The notes beneath the pieces are model-generated. The model saw nothing but the letters and a program-made list of their open reading frames with translations, ran no database searches and was not told where the DNA came from. From contig NC_059434.1 of NCBI RefSeq assembly GCF_021028975.2, forward strand, positions 88,660,001 through 88,724,000: a DNA stretch of 64,000 nt. The letters are read 5' to 3'. The translations under genes and the position numbers were made by a program. Numbering within the stretch: the first letter of the stretch is position 1; each line of letters starts with the position of its first letter. Source of the DNA: Sphaerodactylus townsendi (Eukaryota). Positions 11,901-34,623 of the stretch are shown here, in pieces.

Positions 11901-14900
11901 AGGGCCATAAAAGCCCGGGGGGCCCCACTTAACCGAATGGCATTATCAAGTATTAACAAGGCTATTAAACTTTGTGTTAAAACGGATCAAAGTGTTCATA
12001 GCCTTCAGCAATTCTGGACCCTGTAGTAGCTTCTCTCAAAGTCCAATTTAGTAGAAATCTTTGGGCCCTAGTGCATCTAAGGGTCCTTGATCAAAGGCAA
12101 AAGGATATTTATTGGACAGGGAGACCGCGATTGAGACCTCGATAATCTGTGCAAAGCCAGTAGGGGCCCATGTAACTTTTTTTGCGAAATAAGCCCGGAG
12201 CAAGCGTGTGTGTCTGGTAGCCATACATTATGAACCCATGGCGAAGCCAGGTTCTTGTCCAAGAAGGCACGTAAGCTCCTTCTCCTCATTTTGGGACTCA
12301 TCTGAAGGGTAGTTTCTACGCTTTGGGCATTCTAAGCCCTGGTTTGTATAACGATTTTGCAGTCAGTGTCTCTATGGGGTGGCAACTGATGCATTCTTGC
12401 TCCCTGAAAAAAACTCTGGCTAGATCACTTGATCCTTGCAGGTGGGATGTCAATAGAATCAGGAACACCAATGGCTGGGAAAGAAGCCAGGGAGGGGTGT
12501 GTCAGGAGAAGGTGGAGTTTTCCCCCCAATTCATGTGTTCACCATAGGGAGGGTCAGTGGTTCCAAGATCCGTTCTTTCCAAAATGAACTTTGGTTCATG
12601 TAACAACTCTTTCCATGGCATACCCAAAAGCGATGGAGTGTTTGGCCACTGGCGTCAAAATAAAACTAATTTTCTCCCAATGGGTGTATGAACGGAGGAG
12701 AACCGGCTGTGTGTTTTTGAACTGGGCGGTCCTTAGTCTCGAGGGGCTGCCGTCCATTCAGGTGAATGGTATGGGCTTAGCCAGAGGAATTTGTGAGGTC
12801 CAGACTTCGCTCCTCTGCCGCCTGGGGCGCAAAAGATAAGCAATGGGAGCAACCAAGAATCCACAAAAGGGCGAGAATGAAATGCGAGGAATGTGTTTGT
12901 GAGGGTTTGGCCAAGCAACGCTTGGACAAAGTAATGGGAGCGCTACCTTCACTCAGCGTCCAGAGTCAGAGGACCCATGTCCATGGGGGGGGGGCTGAAG
13001 AAGACGAAACAGCTGCTTCCCCTCTCTGGAATTGCGACTTCGAGTGATCAGCTTTAGGCGAAATTCACCGTCCGAGGCTATGACCCCGATCGTGGCGCGG
13101 GTGGCTTGGCGCTTGGGTGGAGTGCTTGTGAGCTGGAGTAGTTAGTTTTGTTTTCATGGGACAAGTTGCGCCATTGGATGGCCTGGCCCCTCCGCCAGTA
13201 AAGACACAATCCCAGTCCGGCTAATTTCCGTTGCTCGAGGTGGTTTTGGGATGCGGCTGGGCTTGGCTTGGCGGAAGCGCTTAGTGGGTTTAGGCGTGAA
13301 GGCTTCGACGCACGAAGGCGTGTTCAAACGAGGATACATGCACCCTGGGATCCCGCAACTGGATCAATCTGCAATGATACGAAGGAACCCGAATTAAAAA
13401 CACCGTTTCCGCGCCCAGCTTGCTGCCGTCCACAGCATCCGAGAAGTATTAGCGATTTCATGCGTTCAGGCCACTTCCAGGAGGGAGTCGAGCAACCGCC
13501 GCCGCGGGAATTCGCGGGCAAAATTCTGCAAGCGATTAGGTTGCCCTGCTGAATAGTTTTGATGATGCGGGGATGGCTTCACTTCTCGGCGCTGGATCGC
13601 TAGGCGGCTCTTAAGGCCTGGAGGAATCACCGGGGCACCGTCTTGCAGAGTCTTCATCTTGCAAATCAAAAGGAGTCCACCGAACCAGTCGGGCGCTGCC
13701 CACATCCAGGACTGAGCCGATGTCCCGTATTTTTCAGCTCAGACCGGGGTATAAATCATCATAGTCTTCCAAGCTGGGCATTGAGTTGCAAAATGAAGGC
13801 GTAGGGAAGTTTGGAGGCGGTCCCATCAAAGCGGACCGGGTGTCGGGGCCTCCATAGTAACCCCCCCCGTTCCACTGGCTCTTGGCGCCTCGCTAGGCGT
13901 GCATGGTTGCTTGTAGTTGAAGCAGGTTGGGCGGGCGGCTGTTGTCTGGGGGCCCGGAATCCGGCGCTGGCGGTGCCGCTGGCGTTTGGGTGGCAGGACC
14001 CAGATGCGTGGCCCCCTGGCTTGACATTAATGGCTCAGTAACAGCATAGACTCCAACTTGGGGCTTCCACAGTCTGGCTGCCTCCGCCAAAACTTCCCTC
14101 TCTAGCAATAGCTCCCAGCTCTCCTTATGCGGGTCAATGCATCCCTGGTAAGCATTAAACAGCTTTTTTTTTCTCGACGCCATTCCAATTCCAGCCAGTT
14201 AAGTCCCGTTCAAAGCTGCAGTGAGCTCACTTTTGCGCGGCGATAAGGCCTGAAAGCGCTTTCGCAAGGTTACTATAAATCCGGTCTGGAGTGTTCCAGG
14301 ACTTTATCATGGACCTGACGGATTCTGGGCATATTATTAGTTAGATAGCATTCTTTGTACCGGTCCAACTCGAAGCTGGAGATCTTTCGCGTTAAGCAGC
14401 TTCCCGGTCCCTCACCAAGGTTTTAGCTCTTGCTGCAACTGTGCCCGTTCTTCCTCCCATTTTAGCGTTCAATGGTCCACATCACTTCTTGGGCATCTCG
14501 CGGTCGCCTTCCCACTTCCTCATCCCAGGTCTCCCCCCCCTTAAGATGTGGAGAGGGAACAGATCCGGCTGGGAGTGCAGGCTTTCCTCCCGGACTCTTA
14601 AATCGTCTGGAAAGCGTAGACATCCCGGGGACACCCGTAGCCACCGGTGGTGGCTCCCCGAGGCACCTCCAGGTCGGTCAGCTGGCCGGGATCAGGGGGG
14701 GGGGTCCGGTTGGAAAGCGGTGCGGATACCCCTCCCAATCCCCAGGTTCAGTCCCAGTGTCCTTTGGGCCAGACCCCAGTCAGCATGCCGCGGTGGTTCT
14801 TTGGGAGCATCCACTCAAAAATCTGAGAGTCCAGGAACCGTTCAATATAGATTCCTGGGTTGCACCGCCTCAGCAAAGGTGGTCCAGGCCGTCTCCTCCA

Positions 14901-15591
14901 TATTGAGTTGCATCTGAGGTTTGTGAAATCCACACGCAGCGGGTAGAGATCCGGATCCACAGGCATTTCGCATCCATAGACAAGCGCTAAGCGACTTTCA
15001 TGTAAGTCCCTGCATGGTGCGTGCGTCACGTCCCTCGTTCCAGCGGGTAGGAAGGGAGACTTCGCATGCTGTCTGAGGGGCGAGGAAAGAGTTTCACTGG
15101 CGCAGGCCCGTTCTCCTGCGGTTCCTCCAGATCCAGAAGGGAAAGATTGAAGACCCTTCTTTGGGGGGCTACGCGCCTCCGCAATGACTGTCCAACCTCT
15201 CGTAATGAGCAGACACTAGAGGTCCACTGCACCGTGGTAAATAGATGGATTAGGTTTTACGCTTACAATGTAAGGAATTCCATAGAAGCAGAAATAAAAA
15301 AGGCTCTTTGGTGAAAAAGACGTTTATTCGAGACATCTTAGAAAAGCTCAAGAGTACAATGCGGTAACAGGAATGACACTTCCTCGGCCAGAAGCACCAG
15401 GTTATAACTCTATTCACCGCATCCCTACCATCCTGCTTCCCCATGGGGCTCTAGGAATTCCTCGTATCTCAGCGCCAAGAGAGATAAAAGTCTCCGCCGA
15501 TAGAGCTGGGCTCCATCCCGCCGAGGGCTGCTGAGATGCACTCCGAGGTTACCTTACCATCAACACCATTGAAACCATTGAAACCTTTACA
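8981..15591 (-). mobile_element. Ty3/Gypsy LTR retrotransposon, Tf1/sushi (chromovirus) type, copy 1; full length, ORFs frameshifted
   Basis: LTRs are 8981-9296 and 15269-15591. TSD is ccgct (8975-8979) / ccact (15592-15596). A purine tract lies next to the 3' LTR. Minus-strand motifs: gag PVRFDG (~13830) and a degenerate CCHC knuckle (~13160-13210), RT KGVVVYLDD (YLDD 11853-11842), integrase, and a chromodomain-like EIDAILDS...LQYLVS (~9400-9520). Confidence 0.93.
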
Positions 15592-16995
15592 CCACTAGCC
15601 TAAAAACTGTGCCTCCTGCAGACCAAAATTGGAAAAAACAGTAAAAAATACAGAAAGCTTCAAACGAACCTGCAATTTTTCCGCCCACCACAAGGTGGCG
15701 CCCGGGGCGCTTGTCCCCGGATGTCCCCATGGTAGCTACGCCTGTGTCTGGGTCTCATCGGAAAGTGGCGGGGGGGGGGGGGGGCTTGCTGCTGCCAGAG
15801 CCCCAAGACAGCCCCCGCCCTGCCCTGAGCCTCACAACACACTGTTGCAAAATCCGTGCTGGAGAGACCAGGGAAGCGGGTGAGAAGATCCCCTCTCAAG
15901 GCCGCCTGGAGCAACTGGCAGACAGCCTGGCCCCGGCTGGGGCTGCACACAGACACACCCACCCACGCTTAGCTATAAGGATGCCAATGTGGTCTGAAAT
16001 GCAGTTGAAGGATGAGAAGAACCATCTTCTGCAGGCCCTGGAGGGGGGCGGGGCGGGGATTCAGGCATGTAATGGGGGATTGAACCCCCCCCCCTTACCT
16101 ACGTCCTTTATAGGTTGTATGAAGGGGGCTTCACATGTGTTAATGTGCACAAGGAGGGCCTTTCTGACCCCATCGATGACGCCATGAGGATGACTGACTT
16201 GAGGACTCTGCCAACAGGATAAGACTTGAAGGGTTGTTGTGCAGCTGCTTCTGCCTCAGCCAAATACACTTTCCTTTCACCCCACCACTCGCCTCTGAAG
16301 TCCGTTGTTGGGCCAGGACTTCGGAGAACATCACTGGTGTAAACCCTGGACTCATCAGCATTGTTGGGGCAGCCCCCCCCCCCCCACTGGCTCATCATCC
16401 CTGGGAGCTGAGGCAAGGAGGGCCGGGGCTGAAGGAGACCCCCTGGCCCCCGAGAGAGCAGGCGGCCGTGCGAGGAGTGCCTCAAGGGCCAGGGGTCTTC
16501 CTCACAGGGCTGCATTGCCGAGCCTGCAGACTGGCCCCCCAGTGGGGAAGCACAGGCCTCCAGCAGACCAAAGCAGGCCAACCCGGCTCACCAGGCTAGC
16601 CCAGGGACAGAGCAGGCTGGCGGCTGGATTCGGTTCACTCTCCCACTTGTTTTTAACTACACCCGTTTTTAAACTGAGGCTGGATGGGCGTTTGTCAGGA
16701 GTACTTTGACTGCGTGTTCCTGCGTGGCCGGGGGCTGGACTGGGCGGCCCTGGGGGTCTCTTCCAACTCTAGGATTCCCATGATTGTTCAGTGAATCCCT
16801 GACAGTGACAGATACGTAACTTGCCTGTCTGAAGGCAATGAGGAAGGACACCCTGCTTTCATCAGAAACTGCTGAGCCAGTCCCAAAGAGGCCTCCGCTG
16901 CTACAGGAACATTCTGGGCACGCAGAGTTGGTTTCGCAAGAGCCCGTTTGTTTTCATAAGTCGTATACATATCAAAGGGCAGGTCAATTTAAGTA

Positions 16996-17001
16996 TTTAT
17001 T
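16996..17001 (-). terminator. Putative C2orf81 polyadenylation signal AATAAA
   Basis: tttatt on the plus strand, ~340 nt downstream of the stop codon at 17337. Confidence 0.5.
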
Positions 17002-17336
17002 CATGGCGGTTACCTGACAACAGTTGACCCTGATCTGTCGATGTCTGACAAGCCAACTGCCAAAAGGGTCTCTGAAGCCACCCACAGGCCCAGGGCAAGC
17101 CCCCTTCCTTGCCCTCCAGTTGCCCTGGCAGGGGCCTCTCCCCACTGGCCCCCTGCAGGGGTGGAATGGCGTCAGCCGGGCCAGGATGGGGGGAGGAGGA
17201 GTGGCACCACCGGGCACAGAGAGGTCCCTGGGAGGAGGGCGGGCTCTGGCTGAGGCTGCCGGCTGCCATCGTAGGCGGGAGAGCCTCCTTGTTCTCCTTG
17301 CTTTGCCTGCTGCAGCGTGGAGAGCGAGGGAGCAGG

Positions 17337-26400
<9,064 letters not shown>

Positions 26401-28222
26401 AGCCAAGAAGAGTGGCCCTCCCCGAGTGCCTTTGCCGGACTGTCCAGGGGCAGGAGTGAGGGCGCAGTCTGCAACCCCGAAGCAGGTCTTGTAGGGTGAC
26501 AGGTGGCGTGTAGGGCCGGCCAGGTCCCCCAGTCTGGTCATGGCTGGGGGATGCCCTGCCAACCTGTCTGCAGTGCCTTCTCCTCCACAGTTGCCTCTGG
26601 TGTCCTTTGCTTACTGGTTTCAGCATTTATGCTCTGCTTTTCTTTCTGGTAGGGATCCAAAGCAGTTTACAACAGGACATAAATATTCATTCAGAACATT
26701 TATTAGATGCCTTGTGGAACTGAAGGCAGCATGCCACAAAACTCAATCAAGTGTTCCAAAAGACACAGAAAAGACCACACTTTAAATGATCCAATTAAGA
26801 CTGCCAATAAACATGAAGAGAATGAGTCAATCGCAGCCCTCAGTGAAATGAAGAGTGGGCTCCTGCAGGTGGAAAGTGAGCAGGGACAGGAGCTGCTTCA
26901 GGGCCGTGCCCACCAGGAACGGTGTGGAGGAAGGGGCCTGGTGGCGGCAGAAGTCTTCATGGCTGCTCATCCTCAGAGATGTGGAGGTGGAGGGGAGCCT
27001 TCCCGGTCCTGATCCCTCCAGTCCAGCCTCAGGAGCCCAGGAAACCCCAGCAACCCTCCCAGGCATCCTCTGCTAGGTGACCCCGCCCTTTCCCCCAGCG
27101 AGGAACAAGTCACAGCAGATCTGTGCATCCAGCACTCAGCATTGGCACTGGCGTTCGAGGCAGAGGTCCCTAACCTTTTTGAACCTGTGGGCAACTGTGG
27201 AATTCTGGCCCAGGAGAGAAGGCCAAGCTCTGCAGAAAGGGTGGTTGCTGGTGGTGGAGCCACACACACAAAGCCTACGTTGTGGGGGGAGGGGGGGGGA
27301 AAGGGGTAATCTTAAAAAAATACTTTGGGGAAGGAGAGAGACAGAATAAAACCAACCCAGGTCGCAGCAGAAGCTGAAATGAAATTATTTGGAATCTGCA
27401 CTGCCGATTGGCTCTGCAGGGGCCAATCAGGAGCCTTGCTGGGTGAGAGCCCCAGGCTGCCCCGTTGTCCACCTCTCAGAATGCTTGGTGGAGGCCAGGA
27501 GAGGGGCTGGGGTGCACCGTGGTGTCTGCAGGCCCAGCACGATGTCCCCCTGGGGCACGGGCACGGTCCTTGGGGACCACCTGGTTTCTGCATTTCCCAC
27601 TAGCTGGTGCAGGGACCATCCGGGGCATCTGGACTGTTTCAAGCTGCAGCAGTCCAGGGATGGTGAGCTCAGCCCCAGCCCCTCCCCCTTGACTGCTTTT
27701 TGGACAGCAAAACCAAAACAGGCCTGGGTTGCTGTTTATAGAGACTGGGCTGCAAACAAGTCAGCAACAAGGAAGTTGAGTAACCATTGAAAGAGTGTGC
27801 CTGACCGGTTTGTATCAGCTAGCCTAGAAGGGACACCTGAAGCCACTCCTCATGCTGCCCTCAGAACTGGTCCTACATAATGTTCAATTTGGTGTGTGAA
27901 GAAGAGGGCCTGCACAAAACAGCCTACACTGAGAATGAAACTTTGCTGACCTCAAAAGCCCTTTGGGAATGGGGCGGTATATTAAATCTGAGAGAGAGAG
28001 AGAGAGAGAGAGGTGTCCCTGGACTCCAAATGTTTAATTAGGACAGGCCAGCGACACCTGAAGCTGCAGAAGAGGAAGGTAAAAGTCCTTCTTTCTCAGC
28101 GTCCTCCCCATTGGCTCTGGACAAGATGGTGTCCTTGGTTAAATAACAGCTCGGTTCTGATGTGGGATGCTCTTTCGTGCCCAGCACTATTAAACAAGGG
28201 GAGTGGGAAAGGCTCTGATGCA

Positions 28223-28440
28223 GGAGGGAAGGAAGGAAGGAAGGAAGGAAGGAAGGAAGGAAGGAAGGAAAAGAGGGGAAAGAGGAAAAGGAGGGAAGGA
28301 AGAGGAAAGGAAGGAAGGAAGAGGAAGAGGGAAAGGGAAGAAGGAAAAGGGAAGAGGAAGGAAGGAAGGAAGGAAGGAAGGAAGGAAGGAAGGAAGGAAG
28401 GAAGGAAGGAAGGAAGGAAGGAAGGAAGGAAGGAAGGAAG
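28223..28440. repeat. (GGAA)n polypurine microsatellite in WDR54 intron 1
   Basis: Two long pure ggaa arrays with an A/G-rich spacer. Confidence 0.95.
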
Positions 28441-31405
28441 GTCCTCTTTATGTGTTCTGCAGCACACCCATTGGCTGCAACGTGGGGATATTCCCCTTCA
28501 CTGTCCTCCTGCACTCTCTCTTCAGGCAGCCTGGTGTGTCCTCCCCTCTCGGACCCTGTTGGTGCTGACATCGCAGAAAGGAATCCAGGTGAGAGACCAG
28601 GCTCAGGGGGGGGGGGCTGTGGTTGCTGGCCACAAAGGACACCAAGGCAGGGAGTGGCAGCCGTCTGGGTGTCAGGTCACATGCTCTTCCAGAGGATTGC
28701 TGGACCAGCCTGAGATGGGATTCACGGTGTATGTCTCTTTCTTCCTTTCTCCCAAGATGTACGAGGCAGATGGATCCATTATGGTTTACTGGCATGCTCT
28801 GGATGCTTCAGAGTCATCACCAGGTACGGTTGTGAAAGAAGTGGGGTTTTTTGGTAGAGGGAGGTTCATGGTGCTCATCTAGTACTTGGTTCCTGGAGGA
28901 GGCGGCTCAGGAGTGGCTGTGGATCCAGTCCTTCCAGGGCCAGGCAGAAGGATGCTTTGATTTGTCACACCTCTCCTGCAAGGCGGGAGACGTGTGTGGT
29001 GCTCCTCCTTGTCAACATTCCCTGTTCCCCTGACCCCCCCTCCCCTCCCCTCCTTTCCAGGACAGGCTGTGTTTGCTCGTGGGATCGCAGCCACTGGCCA
29101 GCGCTTTGTGTGTGTGGGTAAGTGACCGTTCCTGGGCGAGGGGGAGGGATGCAGACTGAGATGGACAGAGAGGTTGTGGACTTGGGAGCTGGGGCCGGAA
29201 AGGTTTAGGGCCTGAGGTCCAAAGCCGACTTGTGGGTGCTACATCCCCAGTAGATGCTGCAGCTGGATTCCAGAGAGGTGCTTTCGTAGGGCAGCAGAGG
29301 GGTTTGAGGGAGAGCGCCACTCTGGCGGGTGAGCCAGAGGGGTCTTTCTACAGAGCGGGTGGCCTCCAGGGTCCATAGCCCCGTTTCTCAGGAAGTAGAG
29401 GAAGGGATGGTTGGCGCACCATGGGGTCCTCGTGTGGGGGGCATGGGCAGGGGGGCTCGTCCTCATGGAAGAGAGGATCCTCAGCCTGTTTCCCTGTCCC
29501 CTGCAGGGACGTCGCTGGGGTATGTCCTTGTTTTTGATATCCCCGGCAAAGGCACCAACATCACCTTGAGCGAGGTTCTGGAGGAGCACCATGCTGCCGT
29601 CACGGATATTGGCGCTGAGCTCTGTGAGCAGCCGGTGAGGCACAACCCGGACCCCTCAGGCCTGCTGCTTTGCCGCCCGCTTCCCTTGGTCCTGGGTGTG
29701 GCCTGCAGCGCTGAACCTGTCGGTCACCCACAGCACACCCCTTTGCCGTTGCAGCTGATGGCTTGTTGCGCTTGTTGTGCGAGGAAGGGTCATTCAGAGG
29801 ACTCCTGTGCTTTGGGTGTGTGTGGGGGGGGGAGGGGCTTCCGTTGGTGCCAAGTGCAGCTTCTCTGCGTCAGACCAGAGGCAGAGCCCTGCGGTTCAGA
29901 TCTCCTCTTGGCCAGGATGCTCCCTGGGTTCCTGGCTGCCCTTGGTGTCTGATACGGAGACCCCAGTAACCACTGGGTTGGCTTTTTGTGCCCCTGTAAG
30001 TGCACTCTGTTGCCAAAGCAGCTGATGCATGTCTGTGCTTGGCACACACTCACACACACTGCTGCTCCTTTGTGTTGCTCTGAGGAGGAGGAGGAGCAGA
30101 GATTGAAGCTGTTTCTCCAGCCAGAGGCCCTGGCCGATGAAGCTGTTCCTGGCACCCTCTTCAGAATGGGGCAGTGGCAGCTGACAACTTCTGGTGGCTC
30201 AAAGCTTGCTTAGATGGGCAAATCCTCAGGACTTGATTCCTGCAGAGCATCAGGCGTTGGCGCCCCAAGCCATTGGGCCAGGGGCACCACTGAGGCATCG
30301 CCCCATGGAAGCCACCTGGGCGGGGGTGGGGGTGTTGTCATGGATATACGTTACTTGAGGTGGCCAGAGGCTGATGTGAGGGTGTCGCACCTCCAGGTCT
30401 TTATTCAGAGTGTCCCTGGCCTGGGCAGAAATATAGAGGAGCAGTTGCTGCTTGTGACTGGCTGGAATTCAGGGCCAGCCCAGGTTCCCAGAAGCCCAAG
30501 GGTGGGATCAGGGTGGACCCCCAAGGGTAGCCCTGGTAGCCCCATGCATTGAAGGCCGAAAGATGGCAGCAGAGCATCTCGAAGGAAGAAGTTCCAGACG
30601 TGCCTCATAGTTTGTTTTGAGGTGCAGGGGGGGGGGCATGTGCCTCCCCCCACGCCCATTCAGATGGCTGATGTTGCTTCGCAAGGATGCTTCCACGCAC
30701 TGTGGCTGGCCTCCTCGTGTCCTGCTCCCCGTGAACTTCCTCTGCTTGCAGGCTGAGCTGCACAATTGTTCCTCTCCCTCTCCCCGCCTGCCTGCAGGAA
30801 GGAAGCATTGACCTGGTGAGTGCCGATGACTCGGGCGGGCTGTGTGCCTGGCGCTCTGGGGAAGAGTTCCAGCTGGTCTCCAAAATCCCAGCTTCTGGGT
30901 AAGCCTGAGGAGGGGTGGGAGGGGAGTCTTCAGTTGCACCTCTGCTTGATAGAATGATGGGGGGAGGACCAGTGACTTGAACCCCTCCCTGCATCAGGCG
31001 AAGGTTGTAAAAATGGCACACTTGACTCTTTGCTTATTGTAAAAACAAGTGGTTCTGCGTTACAAGGTGGGAGAAGGAAACCAAGGGTTAATGAGATTGA
31101 ACTCTCTAGTCCTAAAACATTCCTGAGATAGGAGAAAACGTTTCATAGTTTGTAAAGTCTGAGGTGCTGCTGGCACCACGAGGAAGCTGAGATAACTCTT
31201 CCTTGCTCCAGGGGAAACCTGGAGATTGGGCAGGAGCTTTGGGGATGGAGAGTCACACGGGTCAGAAGTCACATGGGTCAGACTGTCAGCCAGCCCCCGA
31301 AGAAAGGTGTAATTGCTCAAGATCTGGGAGGGATTCCCTTGTGTGACTGACGCTGTGGTCCTGTCTGCGCTGATGATAAAATGCAGTTTGGCTTTCTGCA
31401 GTCCT

Positions 31406-32447
31406 TAAGAACATAAGAACATAAGAACAAGCCAGCTGGATCAGACCAGAGTCCATCTAGTCCAGCTCTCTGCTACTCGCAGTGGCCCACCAGGTGCCTT
31501 TGGGAGCTCACATGTAGGATGTGAAAGCAATGGCCTTCTGCGGCTGTTGCTCCCGAGCACCTGGACTGTTAAGGCATTTGCAATCTCAGATCAAAGAGGA
31601 TCAAGATTGGTAGCCATAAATCGACTTCTCCTCCATAAATCTGTCCAAGCCCCTTTTAAAGCTATCCAGGTTAGTGGCCATCACCACCTCCTGTGGCAGC
31701 ATATTCCAAACACCAATCACACGTTGCGTGAAGAAGTGTTTCCTTTTATTAGTTCTAATTCTTCCCCCCAGCATTTTCAATGAATGCCCCCTGGTTCTAG
31801 TATTGTGAGAAAGAGAGAAAAATTTCTCTCTGTCAACATTTTCTACCCCATGCATAATTTTACCAGACTTCCAGTGTATCCCCCCTCAGACGTCTCCTCT
31901 CCAAACTAAAAAAGGTCCCAAGCGCTGCAGCCTTTCCTCATAAGGAAGGTGCTCCAGTCCCTCAATCATCCTTGTTGCCCTTCTCTGCACTTTTTCTATC
32001 TCTTCAATATCCTTTTTGAGATGTGAGACTTGAACTGAACACAGTACTCCAAGTCTTGGTCGCTGCTTTATATAAGGGCATGACAATCTTTGCAGTTTTA
32101 TTATCAATTCCTTTCCTAATTATCCCCAGCATAGAGTTTGCCTTTTTCACAGCTGCCATACATTGAGTTGACATTCCCATGGAACTATCAACTAAGACGC
32201 CCAAATCCCTTTCCTGGTCTGTGACTGATAGCACTGACCCCTGTAGCGTGTATGTGAAGTTTGGATTTTTTGCCCCTGTGTGCATCACTTTGCATTTTGC
32301 TACATTGAACTGCATTTGCCATTTCTTAGCCCACTCACCTAATTTATCAAGGTTCGCTTGGAGCTCCTCGCAATCCTTTGTGGTTCTCACCACCCTACAT
32401 AATTTGGTATCATCTGCAAACTTGGCCACCACGCTACCCACCCCTAA
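31406..32447 (-). mobile_element. Young 5'-truncated CR1 LINE in WDR54 intron 6
   Basis: Minus-strand ORFs VAKFADDTKLCRVV...MQFNVAKCKVMH...ERDLGVLVD, EKVQRRATRMI.GLEHLPYEERL and FFTQRVIGVWN. Ends in an (ataagaac)n terminal repeat. Confidence 0.95.
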
Positions 32448-34617
32448 TCCTTGTGTGATTATTTGGGCAGAGTTGGCCACGGGGCCTGTGCGGGGGCAGA
32501 GACCGGATGTTGTGGAATGCAGACTCGCTTCCGGTCCTCAGCAGGGATCCCACTGCTGTGATTTAAATACTGGGTGGCACCTGCACGCTTTGGCATGATC
32601 TCTCTCCACTGAGCCTGCTCTCCCCTTCCTGCCCAGGTGCCCCTGTTCCTCCGTCAAGCTGTGGAATGGGGTGATTGTGGCCGGTTACGGCAGCGGCCAG
32701 ATCCGTCTCTACGAAGCAGCCAGCGGCACCCTCCGAGCTGAGGTGGCTGCTCATGCGCGCTGGATTTACGCCCTAGACCTGGCTCCACTCTCAGGGAAGG
32801 TGAGTCTGTCCCTTGCTGGAACACCTGGGATCCCTCCTGAGTTCCCTCTGCTTCTTGCTGATTGGGGGCCACTGGCTTCCTTGGCTCTCCCTGAACTTTA
32901 AGGGTTTGCAGACGGGCCCATTTTCTGGAGGGGGCCTGTCTCTCCTGCAGCACAGGGGTGTGTGGTGAGGTGGGAGGGACTGGACACATGGGAATGGGGG
33001 ATGCTCCCCTCGGAGGGCAGGCAGGCAGGGAAGGATAGGAAGAGCTGCTCTGCTCGTGTGGTGTGCCATTTCTGGCCAGCAAAGGTGGGGGCAGCAACTA
33101 GGGCCAGCTGAGAGGACAGAGAAGTCTGCCCAAGCATAGCTCCTGCTTTCAGAACAAAGTGGGGGGGCTCAGCCCATCCTGACCCGTGAGCTTCCTGGAG
33201 GGGCCCACCTGGCTGCTTCCACTCCCCCCTCGGTGTCTTTCTGTCATGCAACTCCCAGGAGGGCCCCCACCCACCCACCCCGTGAGCTGTTTTGGGCAAT
33301 GAAGGCAGATTCTCCATCTCAAGCCTTCAGCCTGGGGCCGGGGAGAGAGAGCACACCCTCCCTGCCTTTCCTTCCCCCTGCAGCTGCTGTCGGCGGCCGA
33401 GGACTCTTTTGTGGCTGTCTGGGAGCTGATGTTCAACCTGGACACTGAAGACATTGAGGTAAGGGGTGTGGGGAGCAACCTCTGTGCCACCCTCTTCCCC
33501 AAGGGAGCCCTGAATCCTGCCTGGGTTCAAGAAGCTGCTTCAAAGAGCCCCCCCTCCCCCGCCACAACTGACTGATCTGGCTCAGCTTGGCCATTGGCTG
33601 CGTCCTGTCCACACGGCATCCTTAGCCTGGGACCCGATTTAACCCTGAAGATATTTGGCACCTGCACCAGGGCTCAGGGCACAGAAGGCCTTAGGAGGGG
33701 GGGGGTGCCCATTTTGGAAACAAATAACCCCCACACCCACCAGAAGCCCCGCAGGAGGAGACAGTGCTGTCAACCCTGCCGAAAGGCAACACGCGCATCC
33801 TTCTCCTAGCCCAGGACTGGTTGCCCTGGCTCAGTTCTCTGCGAGGCTGGAGGGAGAAGGGCTGCCCCGGGGAAAAGCCCCCTCCGCTGATGCGGTTGTG
33901 GGAAAGGCTGGGAGGGGGGAGGGTGCAAGGAGGGCCGGGCCGGGCCAGGCAGGCCATCCCTTGTCCTTGACCGCTGCCAGCACTATGTGCCCGCTGTGCC
34001 CAGAACAGGTCCCCCAGCCCTCCCCCCCACCCCGAAGGTTGATTCTTGGGGTCTGCTGGGGGTAATTCCTGCCGAACTCCTTACAGATCAGGCACTGCCA
34101 GACGGAATGTGTGACAGACACGCAAATCTGCGGGGCCCGCTTCTGTGACCCAGAGGGCAGCACCTTCGCCGTCACCGGCTACGACCTCAGTGAGATCATC
34201 CGCTACGTCCAGCTGTAACACACACACACACCCATGCAAACAGGCAGGGTCAGACACTAACCTTGGAGGGCAGCATTTACTCTCTGGGGCTCTTGGACAT
34301 CTCAGCCAGGAGCCACCACTGGAGGTGCCGTCCGGAAGCTCTGGCCCCCAGGCACATTCTGCTCGAAGCTCCGCTGGCTGGCTGGAGCAGGAACGCTGGG
34401 CCAAGTGAAGAAGATCCCTGTGCGGTCAGAGCCCTTGAGACAGGCCCCGCCCCTTCCTGCCCAGATGGAGCCCCCGCCCCCCCCACTCCTTCATGCCGGC
34501 CCATTCAGAGCCGTTCTCGTTTGGCAGGCCCCTCACCGTTGGGGACCAGCGGGGACAATGTTAGGAATGGAATAAGCTTCCATGTTACAAGGTAATTTAT
34601 TTGTGTATATAGAGAAG

Positions 34618-34623
34618 AATAAA
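34618..34623 (+). terminator. Putative WDR54 polyadenylation signal AATAAA
   Basis: AATAAA ~400 nt after the stop, followed by GU-rich sequence (gtgattttgtgg...ttgtgttg). Confidence 0.6.

Larger units (their letters stand above)
7626..15746. mobile_element. Non-autonomous hAT-like DNA transposon carrying nested Penelope and Gypsy insertions
   Basis: Ends cagtggcgtagcta (7626-7639) and tagctacgcctgtg (15733-15746). Perfect 8-bp TSD tctgggtc at 7618-7625 and 15747-15754. The internal palindromic minisatellites match 1-570. Confidence 0.85.

Noticed and set aside
12900-15100. Domesticated PEG10/RTL-like gag gene
   Set aside because: It lies within a complete two-LTR element with a TSD and a second copy nearby, and no intact ORF is visible.
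28013-28882. 289-aa ORF with KEGR repeats
   Set aside because: Translation of the (GGAA)n microsatellite read through two real WDR54 exons.
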